Below are positions 41,795 to 54,200 of a stretch of 64,000 bases of DNA, in pieces. Where the stretch lies: assembly GCA_013239625.1 (NCBI GenBank), contig MU054693.1, forward strand, positions 8,378,443 through 8,442,442, written 5' to 3'. This DNA is from Lama guanicoe (Eukaryota). Both the position numbers and the translations under genes were made by a program. Under the pieces are notes generated by a model. That model was not told where the DNA came from. It saw only the letters and a program-made list of their open reading frames with translations, and did no database searches. Every line of letters starts with the position of its first letter. The stretch's first letter is position 1.

Positions 41795-44700
41795 GACCCT
41801 GTGGCTTAGTCTGAAATAGCTGTGCCCGGCCCAACTCCATGGGCACCACATGGGCACGCACAGTTCCGGAAATGGTCCTTCTCCTCGACACACTGAAAAC
41901 CAAAACTTCCTCAGGAAACCATTGTTCGTGCTCTAATTCACTTTCTTAAACATGAGGCAGTGGGCTGGGGGGAAGAGCCCGCTCAACTACTGCAGATTAT
42001 TTGAAATGGGTCTTGCGACTACTTTTCTGCTCTCTGTTCTCTGGGGACCCTGAGCGAGTCACTCCCTCTCTCTGAGCCTCAGTTTCCCCAGATGCAAACT
42101 GGAAGGTTGCATATGATATCCCTGGGGCCCTTCTAGCCAGGATGCTCCCCAGAATTGTCTCAGGGTCAACCTCTACCCGCAAATGGTTACCCTGCCCCCA
42201 GTCGACTTGAGAATTTTTAAATTTTTCAATATTTAAAAAATTAGAATTGCAGTAAATACTTGAGCCAGGTCCGAGCCTTCAGTGGAAGGGCTGGGTGACT
42301 CTGGATGAGTCACCGTTCCTCTCTGGGCCCGAGATTCTTCAGCCATAAGATGAAGAGGCTGGCAGGATGATGCCCAGGGGCTCTGACTTTTTTTAATTAA
42401 AATTTTTTTGTTTAGAATTAAGAACCACGATAGGCCGGCCTTGTGCTGGGTGCTGGGACTAAAAGACAACTAAGACCTGGTCCAGCCCTCTGAGCCAGAG
42501 CCTAGGGGGGAAACATAAAGGCATTTCCAAACCACTTAGCATCCCATCAGAGGCCTTTTTCAGGGCTGCTGGGGACACCCTGTTTCCACTTCAGGTTACA
42601 GATTTATGACCACAGAGAAGGACGCCCCAAGGGTCAGATTACGACATGGACTGGGCCGTTCGTTACCAACCAACAGGTAAATAAGGATAACGGAGCCATC
42701 ACTAGGTCCTAGGCATGTGCTTAGGACTTGACTTCCCCATCGTTAATCCTCAACAACCCTATTATCACCCCCTTTCACAGATGAGGAAACTGAGGCTGAG
42801 AAGGGTTCACAGATGTGTCGAGGGGGCACAGAGCAAGTCAGAGCCAGAGAGATGTGCAGACCTGTTTGCCTCTGGAGCCCAAATCCCAGTGAAATAGCTC
42901 AGGAGGGCTGACTAGTGGGGGGAAATGATCCAACAAGGCACAGGACAGGAAGAAGTAGACAGCATTTTACTGTATGTGTAGGCAGATGGGAGAGACCAGG
43001 CTTCACACGCATTCTCTCCAACCAGTTCACAGCGTTGCCCCTCTGATCCGCCCTCCCCTCTGCCTCCCACCAACTGATTGTTCTCAAATTCCACTGCTCA
43101 AGCTACTCCTCAGCTTAAGACATGCCACGGCTCCTTGGCACCCAGAGGACTGGGACCCCGCATTCAAGGTGTCTCCCAACCCCATTCTCCTGCCACTCCC
43201 CACCTCAAACCCACCCTCCTTCCTGTGTTAGCCACGCTGCTCCCTAGTCCCCAAGAACAGCGGTTATGCCAGGGGGCCAAGCCTTTGCATTCGGGACTCC
43301 CGTGCCTGGATGCTCATCGCATCCCCTCAGCCTAGTGCTTGACTCAGGAGGAAGCCCTCTGTGGCTCCCCGGGCCCCTGGCACTTATTGCCTGGCCTTCT
43401 GGGCACCAGCCACCACAAGCCTACATCTCCCAGGGTGGAAAAGGGTCTGATTCACCTCCCTTCTCCAGTGCAGAAGCTCAACAATGAAAAAATGCAAGGA
43501 GCCCAGAGAATGCTGGAAAGCGCACATTTCCCAGGACAGCTCCACCCCAAGCCTGGTACTGAGGCACAGCGTGAGCACGCCACAGTGTGGAAGAGCCAAA
43601 AATTACACCTTATCAGGGTGGGACTTGCGGCTGTCTCTTTCAAGAGTTCTACTAATGAAATCTAGGCACATCTCCCCCCGTGCTTTAAAGCTTCCAGTGG
43701 TTCCCCAGGGGTCTAGGACAAAATCCAAACTCTAACCAAGGCCCCAAGGGCCCGCATGACTGAGGTGCTTCCTGGTCTTCAGGCTCTTGCCCATCACGCC
43801 CCCTTCTTTCAGTTCCTCAAGGGCTCCACACGCAACATACTGCCTCTGAGATTCGCTCATGCTGTTCCCTCTGCCTGGGGCTCCGTTCCCTGCTCACTCA
43901 GCCACCTGCCTCCATCTTCAGGTCTGAGCATTTTTAGGAAGGCCTCCCTCATCTGTCCAGAAAAGATTCTATCATATCCACCCAACCACATACACCTTCA
44001 TAACACTGGTTGTTTCCCTCACAGCTGAAGAAAGAAAGAATTTATTATGTGTATAATGACTTATGTAAGACTCAAGACTGTAAGACCCATGAGAGTTGGG
44101 AAAATCTCTGATGATTCTCCAATACCCAGTTCCAGGGCCTAAATATCTGTCAAGTGAATGCACACATGAGTGAATGAATGAATGAATGAACCAACTTACA
44201 CATGTAACTCAAGAGAAGAAGGTGGTCAGAATCCTGCTGAATGGCTGAGGCAAAAAAACAGGGCCCTGATTAAGAAGGTCAGAAAAATAGGAGATAAAGT
44301 AGATGGTGCAGCCTGCCAGAAGCAAAAAGAGGAGAGAGCTTCTAGAAAGAAATGATATCCAAGGCTCCAGAGAGGCAGTGCCTGGAGAGCTGAGGAAACT
44401 GCTGGATTTGACAAGGAGGAGGTCACTGCACTCCCCTGGCTGAACCCAAGCCCAGCGGAGATGGGGGTGAGGGGAGGCACAGCACAGATGGACGAGGGGA
44501 GGGGAAACGTGCAAAGCCCTCAGTTGACAGGAGCTCACTTCTGCAGAAACCAGGAAAGCAGAGGACGGTCCCTGTGTCACTCTCGCCAAAAGTGTTAACG
44601 GAGCATAACTCTTTTCGGGGACGGATCACTCGGAGACAATTCAGCTTTGGGAGTTGTCAGGGCTCATCTCAAAAGCAGGAGCATCAGAACCAAGATGGTC

Positions 44701-45846
44701 CCCGTTTTCTCCTCTCTGGGCAGCATCAAGGATGTCCGTTTGTCTAGAACCCTGGGGATACGGCTGAAGTTGGACAAGTCCCCCCCTCTGGGCCCAGCAG
44801 GGCCTTCTAGGGGATGCCCAGCTTCGAGGACAGAGCATTCTGGAGACCATGGGAAGGCCCTTTCATCTAAGCTGGTGAAAGAGGAACAGCTCCTACTGTG
44901 GTCAGCCTGTCGTGTCACCACCTGGGAGCCAGCTGAGCTGCAGGGATGAGCAAGCCCTGAAAGCATTCGGCCCCTTCTCCTTTTGGCAAACGAGGGTGAT
45001 GTCATGAAGCAGAGGGGTGTTTTCCAGGCTCTCTGCACATCTGCTATTAGAAATTCACTTCTTTCTGTTCCGACACTGAAAGCTGGGTTGTTTCCCTAGT
45101 GGTGCTCCTTCCCCTTTTCGCAGCTCACAAAGCCCCTGAGCATCTACAAGCTCCTTCAGTCCTCACGACAACCTTGTTAGGTGAGTGGGGGAGACCAATG
45201 CACCCATCTTATAGGTGGAAAAGCCAAGGCCTGACCTGGGACATGAGCCAGGTCTCCTGCTTCGAGCTGAGGACTCCACTCCACCCCCAGCCTCTCCGCC
45301 TCCTTCAACGGGTCACCTGTGAATCTGATAGTCAGGTGGGCCCCGCCCTGCCAGCCGGCCCCAGGTGGGTATGACTCATCCGCCATCCCTGTGACTCACA
45401 CTTCTCTCTCCTCCCATGGTCAACAAGCCCGGAGACTTGGCAGCTGCACCCCAGCTTCTGTCACCTCACCAGAGCCTCCAGGAGAATTCCTGCACCGCCT
45501 CCTCACGGGAGGGCCACCCTCTTACAGAAGAGCTATCAGAGGCTCTTCTGAGATGGAAAGCACTTTCCTACCGTCACCCAGTGAGCAAGCAGCACAGCCA
45601 GGGTGGGGACCCAGGTGCCCTGGCACCCAGCCCAGTTCTTGCCTCTTCCCCACGGGATCCAGGGAGAGTGAGGAGCAAATGAGGTAATTGGCAGAAACAT
45701 TCTCTGAGCCTTACTAGAAAAACCTCAGGGACTGACTGAATCCACTCGTGGCGACCAGTGGCTGCTTCACCAGCCTCTCCAGACTCCCCTGGGCAGCCTG
45801 AGCTGGGGCTTGGGGGACACCGGGGTGTCTGCACTGCTCTACCTAC

Positions 45847-45936
45847 CTCGCAGGGCTGGGAGGGTGAAGAGGGCTGCTCGTCAGGAGGCGCCGGGACTGA
45901 GGCAGAAGCGCTGTACAAGGGGGTTATCAGCACCAC
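45847..45936 (-). other. GSN: Non-coding 5'UTR exon of the cytoplasmic GSN mRNA (90 nt)
   Basis: Acceptor ctttcattgcag|GTG, donor GAG|gtaggt, no ATG. Resembles my recollection of the human cytoplasmic GSN 5'UTR exon (...ctcttcaccct...). Confidence 0.75.
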
Positions 45937-48900
45937 CTGCAATGAAAGTGCCAAGACTCTCAGGGTCAGGGGCTCAAGGTCATCTGGTCAAAGCCCCACT
46001 CCTCCCCACCACCCCCCACCAGGGTCACACAGTCCCTATTCACACACCTCCAGCAATGGGGCACACACTTCCTGCCAAGGCAGCAAAACCTCCTGTTGGA
46101 GAGTTTGGCTGGTTAAGAGAATCGTCATTAGGATGTGCTAAAATCTCTTTCTCGATGCCTCATACATGCTGGTCCTAGTTCTACAATCTGGGATCACCCA
46201 GAACAGGTATGTCACCCTGTTTCCCAATGGTTCCTTAGAGACTTGAAGACAGTGATCCTAGGCCCCCAAGTCTTCTACAAGTTGTATACCCCCTTTCCTC
46301 CAGCTCTTCCTGAGACCAAGATGTCTTGTTCCCTCCCCTGCTTCCCTGATCTACTCCAATGAACCCTGTCCCTACTGACAGCACAAGACCCAGAATTAAA
46401 CAATTAGAGGAGTTCTATCCAGGGCAGGGCAAGCAGAACTCTCACCTCCATTAAAACAAACAAGTAAACAAAACCCAACTTCTCACCTCCATCATTCTAA
46501 ATATCATGCCTCTATTAATCCAGCCTAAAATCTCACTAAGGTTAAGGTTAACCCCATTGCACGACTGAATTTAGCTATGGTCAACTAGAGAGTTTTGGCT
46601 CAAGATTCTGGAGTTAGATAAAATGGCCCCTCACTTAACTATGTAACTTAACTAAGCTCCTTCACCTTTCTGAGTCTCAGTTTCCTTCTCTGTAAATGAA
46701 GGATTATGTTAGAACCTACCCCCTGGGGTCATTATGAGATAAAATATGCCTAGGGTTTTGAACAGGGCATATGCTTACTCTGATTACTAAGTCTTTTTCT
46801 AGAAATTCTCTCTTTCTTGTCCTGTATTTGTGCAGTTTGGGGACCCAAGCTGTTTACATGCCATTTTCTCACTTCTGTGACTAGCACTGCTCTATTATTG
46901 CAAGAGTATTATCATTATGTGGTGACAGGTCTTTCTCTCCCATCAGACTGTGAGCTCCATTAGGCTGCTTTGCCTCTCAAACTCCAGCCCTAACACGTGA
47001 CCCAGAAAACAGCGGGACCAGTGGGTATATGCCGGATGAATAAATGAAGGACCGGCCTACCTCGGTCCCAGAGCAGTGCAGTCCAGCCTTTCAGCCCCAC
47101 ACTTTCAAGAACAACCTGGATCTTCACCCTTCCTCAGTCCCCGGAATCCTAGTCATCTGCATTCAGGGAGCAGCTGAGCAAACTGGCTCCTGCCTCAACT
47201 GGAAAATTTCTCTGCCCAAACCAGCTTCTCCGAGCCAAAGGGAGAGAGTCCAAGATCCTGAATGCAGTGGGGCCCTGCAGCCTCCTGGGATTAAGACACA
47301 AATGAACCTATTCTTAGCTGACAGTAAATAGCCCAGACATTCCTGTGGATTTCTGCCTTGTGAGTGGCGTGGGTGCACAGCAAGGGATCTGGAAAGAGGT
47401 GGGGCACTTATCTGGGCCTTAGGACCTGGTGCTAAATGCCACCTCCATGGGCCCTCTTCAAAGAGCTTCACAGAAACTCCCCGGTTCCATGGAATAGATC
47501 AAAGCAGAGTTGATGACTAATGACCTCCCACTTTCTGTTAACTCTGGGGGGACAAACCTTTCAAAAACAGCCCCCCTTCTCTTCAACACACCTCCAAATC
47601 TCACCTTCATCCTCACTGGTGATGCTGCATTTGTTCCCAAGTGCAACCTATTCTGCCTTCGGTGCTCCTCATCTCAGCAACACCACCACCACCCACCATC
47701 CACACGTGGGGCCCCACCAGACACCAGGGCACCACCCACCTCAGCCTCACCTGCTCTGTCACTCTTGCCTCCAACACCCCGACGTCCTGCCGGTTCTACC
47801 TGAATGCACCCTCTTCTCCCTACCCTCACCGCCAGCATCTTGGTCCAGGCATCACTGCCTCTCACCTGGGTGACTGCAGTGCTTCCTACCTGGTCCTCCC
47901 ACTTCCTCTCCCCTCCCCTACAGTGCAGTCTCCTCAGAGCAAGCCCAGACTACATCACTCCTCTGCTCAGACTCAGCCATGGCTCCCCGCTGGCCCCCAA
48001 ATACAACCCAAGATACTCAGCGAACTTTTCAACATCTTTCACCACCTGCCCCCATCAGCGCCCTGAGCCTCAGCTCTCATCAGTTCCTGTCTTCCACCCA
48101 CACCCCTCCAAGCTCCAGCCAGACGCAGCTGCAATCTGGTCCCTGAATCCTCCAATAATCTTTGCAGTTTCCTCTGTTCCTGAACTCTCTTCCATCTTTG
48201 TTCTTTTCTCCTTCTGCTCATAATCAAGCCCAGCTTTCCTCCAAGACCTCTTCTCTAACCTCCCCTTCTCCATGAGTCTGAGCTCCTTTGAGCCCCCATC
48301 AGCCTTCCCTGTAACACCGATATGGTCTGTTTCCAAGTCAGCCTCCCCCATCAGACTAAGACCTGCTCTCATGTATCCCAGCACCTAGCCTAGGACCACC
48401 ACAGCTCACGATTCATCAAAGGGATAAACTAGTAAATCACATGCATGCACACACGCATGTACACGTGTGTGCACACGTGCATAAACAGTCCTGAGCACAC
48501 ACGTTCACACAGAGACGGCGAAGGGTGCAGGTGCTGCCATCTATGGGCAAAAAGAGCATTACACGCTTTCCCAGGCTCTGGACACAGGAAGTCCCAGAGT
48601 TTCAAACTCGACTGGGTTTAGAATTAGCTCCAGCTAACTCCAAGTGGGTCTGTTTTTCATTCTGGACCTCAAGGCTGCCGCAACGTAGAAACAAGGTCTG
48701 TAAACCACTGGCTCTGGTCCACCACCCCCATGCTCCGGATGGAGCCACAACGAGCAGGGTCTCCTTCCAGGACTCACCGTCCCAGCCTGGGGCTCGCGTG
48801 GTGCTTGTTTGCCGAATTATATCTTAGAGAAGGAGAGGAGGCATTTTCTAATAGTCAGAGCTGCCCACCACCGGAAAGGCGGGCTTTCAGGTAGAGAACT

Positions 48901-49409
48901 TGCCATTAGTGAAAATGTACAAGCACCAGGAACCCTCTCTGTTCAGGTGGCTGAAAAGGAGCTTTCTGCCTTGGGGAGGGATGGGTGTGGTTGGGGGAGG
49001 CTGGAACAGAGGTGTTTTTTCTCCTCAAAGACTGCTCCCAGCTCACTGGGAGGACCCTCAGCTGTGGTGGGAGCATCATGATATCTGTCCATCAAGGCCA
49101 GAAGGGTTCAAATGGCTGCCCCAATGACAACAGTTGTCACCAAGCATCAAAGTCTTTGCACACATCATGTCTCATCTTCACAATAACTCTGCCAGCAGAT
49201 GTCATAGTCTCTATCTTGTGAAGGAAGAACACGAGTTCAGAGAGGTGAAGTAACATACTCGGGGTCACACAGCTAAGATGTCTGGGCAGCTCCCACCAAG
49301 TCAGGCTGCCTCCCTGTTATCTTGGCCTCACTAACTTTCAAGCTATAAGGCTGGGTCTCTTTCTCACTAGAGAAAACTATAATGCTTCAGTTCCTCTAGA
49401 TCACGCGTT

Positions 49410-49605
49410 AGCCAACTTTCACTATAAAGAGCCAGGCAGTTAATATTTCAGGCTTAGCAGGCTGCATACCCTCTCTGTTGCATACTCTTCCTTGTTAAGT
49501 TTTGGGTTTGTTTTTTTCTACAAACTTTTAAAAATGTAAAAAAAAAGTCTTAGCTCAAAGGCATATGAAAACAGTCTGAGGCTTCCCCAGGGCTGTACTT
49601 TGCAG
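49410..49605. mobile_element. MER58-like hAT MITE
   Basis: gccaactttcactataaagagccaggcagttaatatttcaggctt 5' pattern. Confidence 0.6.
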
Positions 49606-49954
49606 CCTGCAGACATGAAAGAATAATGTTTATAATCTTAAGTATAAAAACTTCTGGTGGAAATGTTTATGCCAAATGCGAGGTCCTTCAGCTGTATTTC
49701 TTCCCCTTCAGATGGCTTCCTACTGAGTCACTCTCTCCTAAAGAAGGGCCCTACCTCACTCCAAAATGAGGCAGCGAAATATTTCAAGGGCTGTTCAGAT
49801 TCTAGAAACGCACAGCTGTGGAACAAATGCAGTTCAACTCAGTGCTGGGAAGAGAAGAGGGAGGCAGATATGATGGGTAGAAAGAACGTCAAAGATAAGA
49901 CATCAAGAGATCTGGGCTCTAGTCTGGGCCCTTAAAGGATTTAGAATCTTACTA

Positions 49955-50100
49955 TGTAGACTGTGGTCCCTGGACCAGCAACTTCTGCATCCCCTGGGTG
50001 CTCATTAGAAATGCAGAGTCTCAGGCCCCACTCCAGACCTCCTGAACCAGAATCTGCATTCTCACAAAATCTCCAGGTGATTCATGTGTGGGATAAGTCA
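49955..50100. mobile_element. MER5A-like hAT MITE
   Basis: gtggtccctggaccagca...ttagaaatgcagagtctcaggccccactccagacct...gaatctgcatt. Confidence 0.78.
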
Positions 50101-50791
50101 AAAGGCACCCCACTTTAGGATGCACAATCAAGACACCAAGACCTGCCACTGGATCTTGAAATTAAGCACTCAACACGTAGAAAAGCAGTCCTGGTAGGAG
50201 CAGAGAAGGTGCTGTTCCCCACTTCACAGTGGGGGAAACCCGGTTAGAGAGGGAAATGACTTTCCCAGGACCACACCACCAGGACAGACTAGGAGTCTGA
50301 CCAGGGCCAAGTTCCTTAATCTTCCCAGGCCTTGGGTTTAATAAAAACTGAAATCATTCTGGTTTAGACGAGTACTTTTGAAATCTCACAAGTGGTGGAG
50401 TAGCAATCAGAGAACTTGCTTTGTGCTTTAGGAAATTCACTTGCTCTCTCTGCAAGTGAGTATCCCCGGGGATGAACGAGGCAGTGGGGGCCGGTGACTC
50501 CCGAGGTCCACCAGTAAAGGTCAGAGTCAGGAAACATTTCTGAGGTGAGGAAGCCGTCAGGTGACGGACTTTCAGCAGAGGGTGACCACAGTCACACCAA
50601 AGTCCCTGGGCTGGAAACACAAAGGCAAGTCCTTCCATCCTAAGCGAGGAGACAGAGCAGTGACCTGGCATTAGCTCAAAGCTCTATGACAAGTACAAAG
50701 CAGAAACGGCAGTGAGAGCCAGCTTCTCTCTGCCCCTCCAGCCTGGGATCTTAATCGTTATCCTTTACTGATGCTGAAGTGTGCAAATGTA

Positions 50792-51264
50792 CAAGCACGC
50801 CTCATTTTATTGCATGTCACTTTATTGTGCTTCACAGACAGTGCATTTTTTATGAATTGAAGGTTTGTGGCAAACCCGGCATCCATCGAGTAAGTCTATC
50901 CACACCATTTTTCCAACAGCGTTTGCTCACTTCTTATCTCTGTCACGTTTTGGTAATTCTCACAATATTTTAAACTTTTTAAATTATTATTATATTTGTT
51001 ATGGTGAGCTGTGATCAGTGGTCTCTGATGTCACTATGAAGACTCACCGAGGGCTCAGATGATGGTTGGCACTTTTTAGCAATTTGGCACTTTTTAATTA
51101 AGGTACCGACATTGTTTTTTTTTTTTTAGACATCATGCCATTGCTTAGTTAATGTGTAAACGTAACTTTTATGAGCACTGGGAAACCAAAAACTTTGTAT
51201 GACTTGCTTTATTGAGATACTCACTTTATCATGGTGGTCTGAAACTGAATCCACAATATTCCTG
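50792..51264 (+). mobile_element. Internally deleted Tigger1-type element with TA target duplication
   Basis: ta|caagcacgcctcattttattgc...aattgaaggtttgtggcaa 5' end and ctttattgagata...ggtggtctgaaactgaatccacaata...cctg|ta 3' end. Confidence 0.82.
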
Positions 51265-54200
51265 TAGTTGCTAAACGAATAAAGTATGATGTTTCAGGGA
51301 AATGGTGCTTGAGCCTTCTAAGAGGACAGCTAGCCTTTTGGTAACCAGCTTCCGTTGCTCCTTCAAGAATAGCGCCAACCTCACGTGTGGCTGGCTGGTG
51401 GGAATAAGAACTGCTACAGCCTTTCTGGGCAGCAATTTGGCAAGTGGAGCAAAAGCTGTAAAAGATGTCATTTTTGACCCAGCAACTCCATTTCCTGGGC
51501 TCTCTTCTAGGAAATCGTGAAAGAATAATTTATGCACTCGGATGCTCAGGGTGGCACTGTTTATAAACAGCCTGAAACCTTAATAACAGAGGATCAGTTA
51601 AGGGAACCATTCACACCATAGATACGGCAATAGAAAATGATAATAAAAATGTTAGGTCAGCATTTATCATTTTAGTAATAAAAATGTAAAAACTGGTATT
51701 TTTTTACAAATAAAATGCATTATTTCACTTCTTTAATCCCCCAGACTTTTGGAAAAATAAACACGTATTTATTTACTTAGGTAAAGGATACTTTAAAAAC
51801 TTTTTTAAAAATTAAATGTAGAATTCTAAATAACATGAGAAAATATTTATGTTATAATGTTGGAAAAACAAAAGAGTCAGAATGGAAGATTATAAATGTG
51901 GTATGACCACAATTGTGGGGGAGGGGTGGAAAAAAGTGCTGAAAATATCAGGAAAGAAATGCACCCAAATGTTAGCGGTGATTATCGCATGTTGGCAGAA
52001 TTATGGGCAGCTCTTATTTTTTTTATAGTTTTTTCATTTTCTAAATTTTCTATCATAAACAGCTATTATCTTTAGAAAAAGGAAAACAAATCATTGGAGG
52101 AAGTGGGGGAAGTACCCATATTCCATGGGTATCCCACCCATTCCACTTTGCCACTCCCCCAAAATTAACTAGTATTTACTGAGCACCCACCAAGGGCCCA
52201 GCCCAACCACAGCCGCTATAGAAGGAAAATTAAGGGTAAGGGCCAAACCCCACCCTGAAGGCTCACATACACCACATCTATATCCTTTGTTTGGCAAATA
52301 AGCTGGGCCCAGATGATCGCCTTGTCAAAGCTGGAAAAAAAATACGGTTGTTTACTTAACCAGTTCAACAGAATGAAAAAAAAATCCCCTCCCACTAGTG
52401 TGGCGCCTTCACTGGAGCTGTCCGTGGCTCCCACTGCTTCTGGAGCCCCCTTGGGAAGAGCATGTTTCAGCTCAGGAAGAAAACTGCCACCCCTGCGTCC
52501 AAGCCATGAATGCAAGAGGTGCAGAGGCTCCCTTTGAGGCAGAACCAGCAAGGTACCAAGAAGGAGGAGGATGGGGGGCCTGGGAAGGAACCTAACTGGC
52601 CATGTGACCCCTGAGGATCCCTGGCCATGAGAGCTCACATCTCCAGGCCTCAGTTTCCTCATCCATAAAATGGAGCACGTAACAGCAACCTCAGGGCTAC
52701 TGAGAGGCTCAAACAAGAGAAAGTAAGCCACTTTATCTCTCTAGGCTGAGCGAAACTGAGTCACTACTCATCCCCAGTAGGGCTGTTAAAAGATTAAACA
52801 AGGCAGTGAAGACAAAAGGTGGACTCACACAGTAAGCATGCTAGAGACAGGCCCTGAGCCTTACTGCTTGCAGAACAGGGAACAGGATACATGCATGACT
52901 TCTGAGCCTCAACTTCCTTATCTGCAAAATGGGGCAACCAATTCAATCCACAAAGACCAAATTTGTGAACGGGAGCTGAACCTCCAGCTGGCACTGCTGC
53001 AAGTCACTTAAACACAGATGATGCTGTGGGCTCACCTCATGCTTGCAGACGTGCAGGTCCCATCTTCCTGCACTGAGTACAAAGCCCTCTGACTCAGAGG
53101 CTATCCGAGCTGGGAAAGCCTGACATTCTGTCCCTCCCCCTAGTGCCAGGTGGACGCTGGGGCCCAGAGGAAGGCACAGATTAGCTCAAGTCACCCAGCA
53201 CTTTGTCAGTGGCAAAAGCAGGACCCAAGCCCAGGCCTGTTGACCAGCCTTGCCCACCACGCCCACCGCTGTCTCTGCCTTGCCCTTCAATTGCTGATGT
53301 GGTCCCAGGCAGGGCAGGGGACAGCAGGCCTCCTGCAGGGGCTGGGGGGCAGGGGGGAAAAGCCAGCCAGCAGCAGGAACCGAGCCTGCCTGTGGTCTCC
53401 AAACTCACAAACCACATCGGGCTGAAATATGACACATGCTCACTCAGTTGAAAGGGAGGAGATATTTTTACTTAACATCCCCCAGCTGCCTGAACACTGG
53501 TCTCTTTCTTTCCCTCCCCCCACAAAATGCAGAGCTCCTGGGACCTGGTTTTCCCTGCTTCTGCCGGTATTTTCTCAGGAAATAACCATGGGGGCAAAGG
53601 AGTTCCCCCGCTTCCTGGTTTCCCCAGAAAGCTTTCTGGAGCATGGGGCTCAAATGGTGAAAAGAGGGGGACTGGGCCTGCCTGGCCCCCCAGCTAACTC
53701 ACCGGGTGACCTTGGGCAAGTTTGTGTCCTCTCAAAGCCTGGGTTCCCTGAAATGGAGGAGAGGTGGACCTAAACTCTGGAGTCCGGCTGATAGTATGGG
53801 AAAGCATGAGTTTATGAACAGCGTTGTGAGGCCCCTCCAGGCCTCTCTGCTGCAAGGCTGAGCTCCCAAGCCACGCACGCTGACTCACATTCCTCCGAAA
53901 CTCCCCCTTCAGTTCTCTTAATGTCAGGACTAGATGGAACCTTCAGGAGAACATTTAGTGCAGTGATTAAGAGCTACAGCTCTACAATCAGAACTCCAGA
54001 ATCCTAGCACCATCACCTACTAGTCTCACAACACAAGGCATGTTATTTGGCCTCCCTGAGCCTCACTTACCCCATTTATAAAAGCAGACGATAGTACCCA
54101 CTTCAGAAGAATGGTCATGAGGAACCAACAAATTAATGTTCCAGTGCTTGGTTTACTAAAAGATAGGTTTTTATTATACTCATGCAGATCAACATCCCCC

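Noticed and set aside
28900-45800. Exons for other reported gelsolin N-termini (MEKLFCCF, MPLCT)
   Set aside because: Not found by eye. MPLSW at ~32708 has a poor donor. A tblastn or genome alignment is needed before claiming absence.
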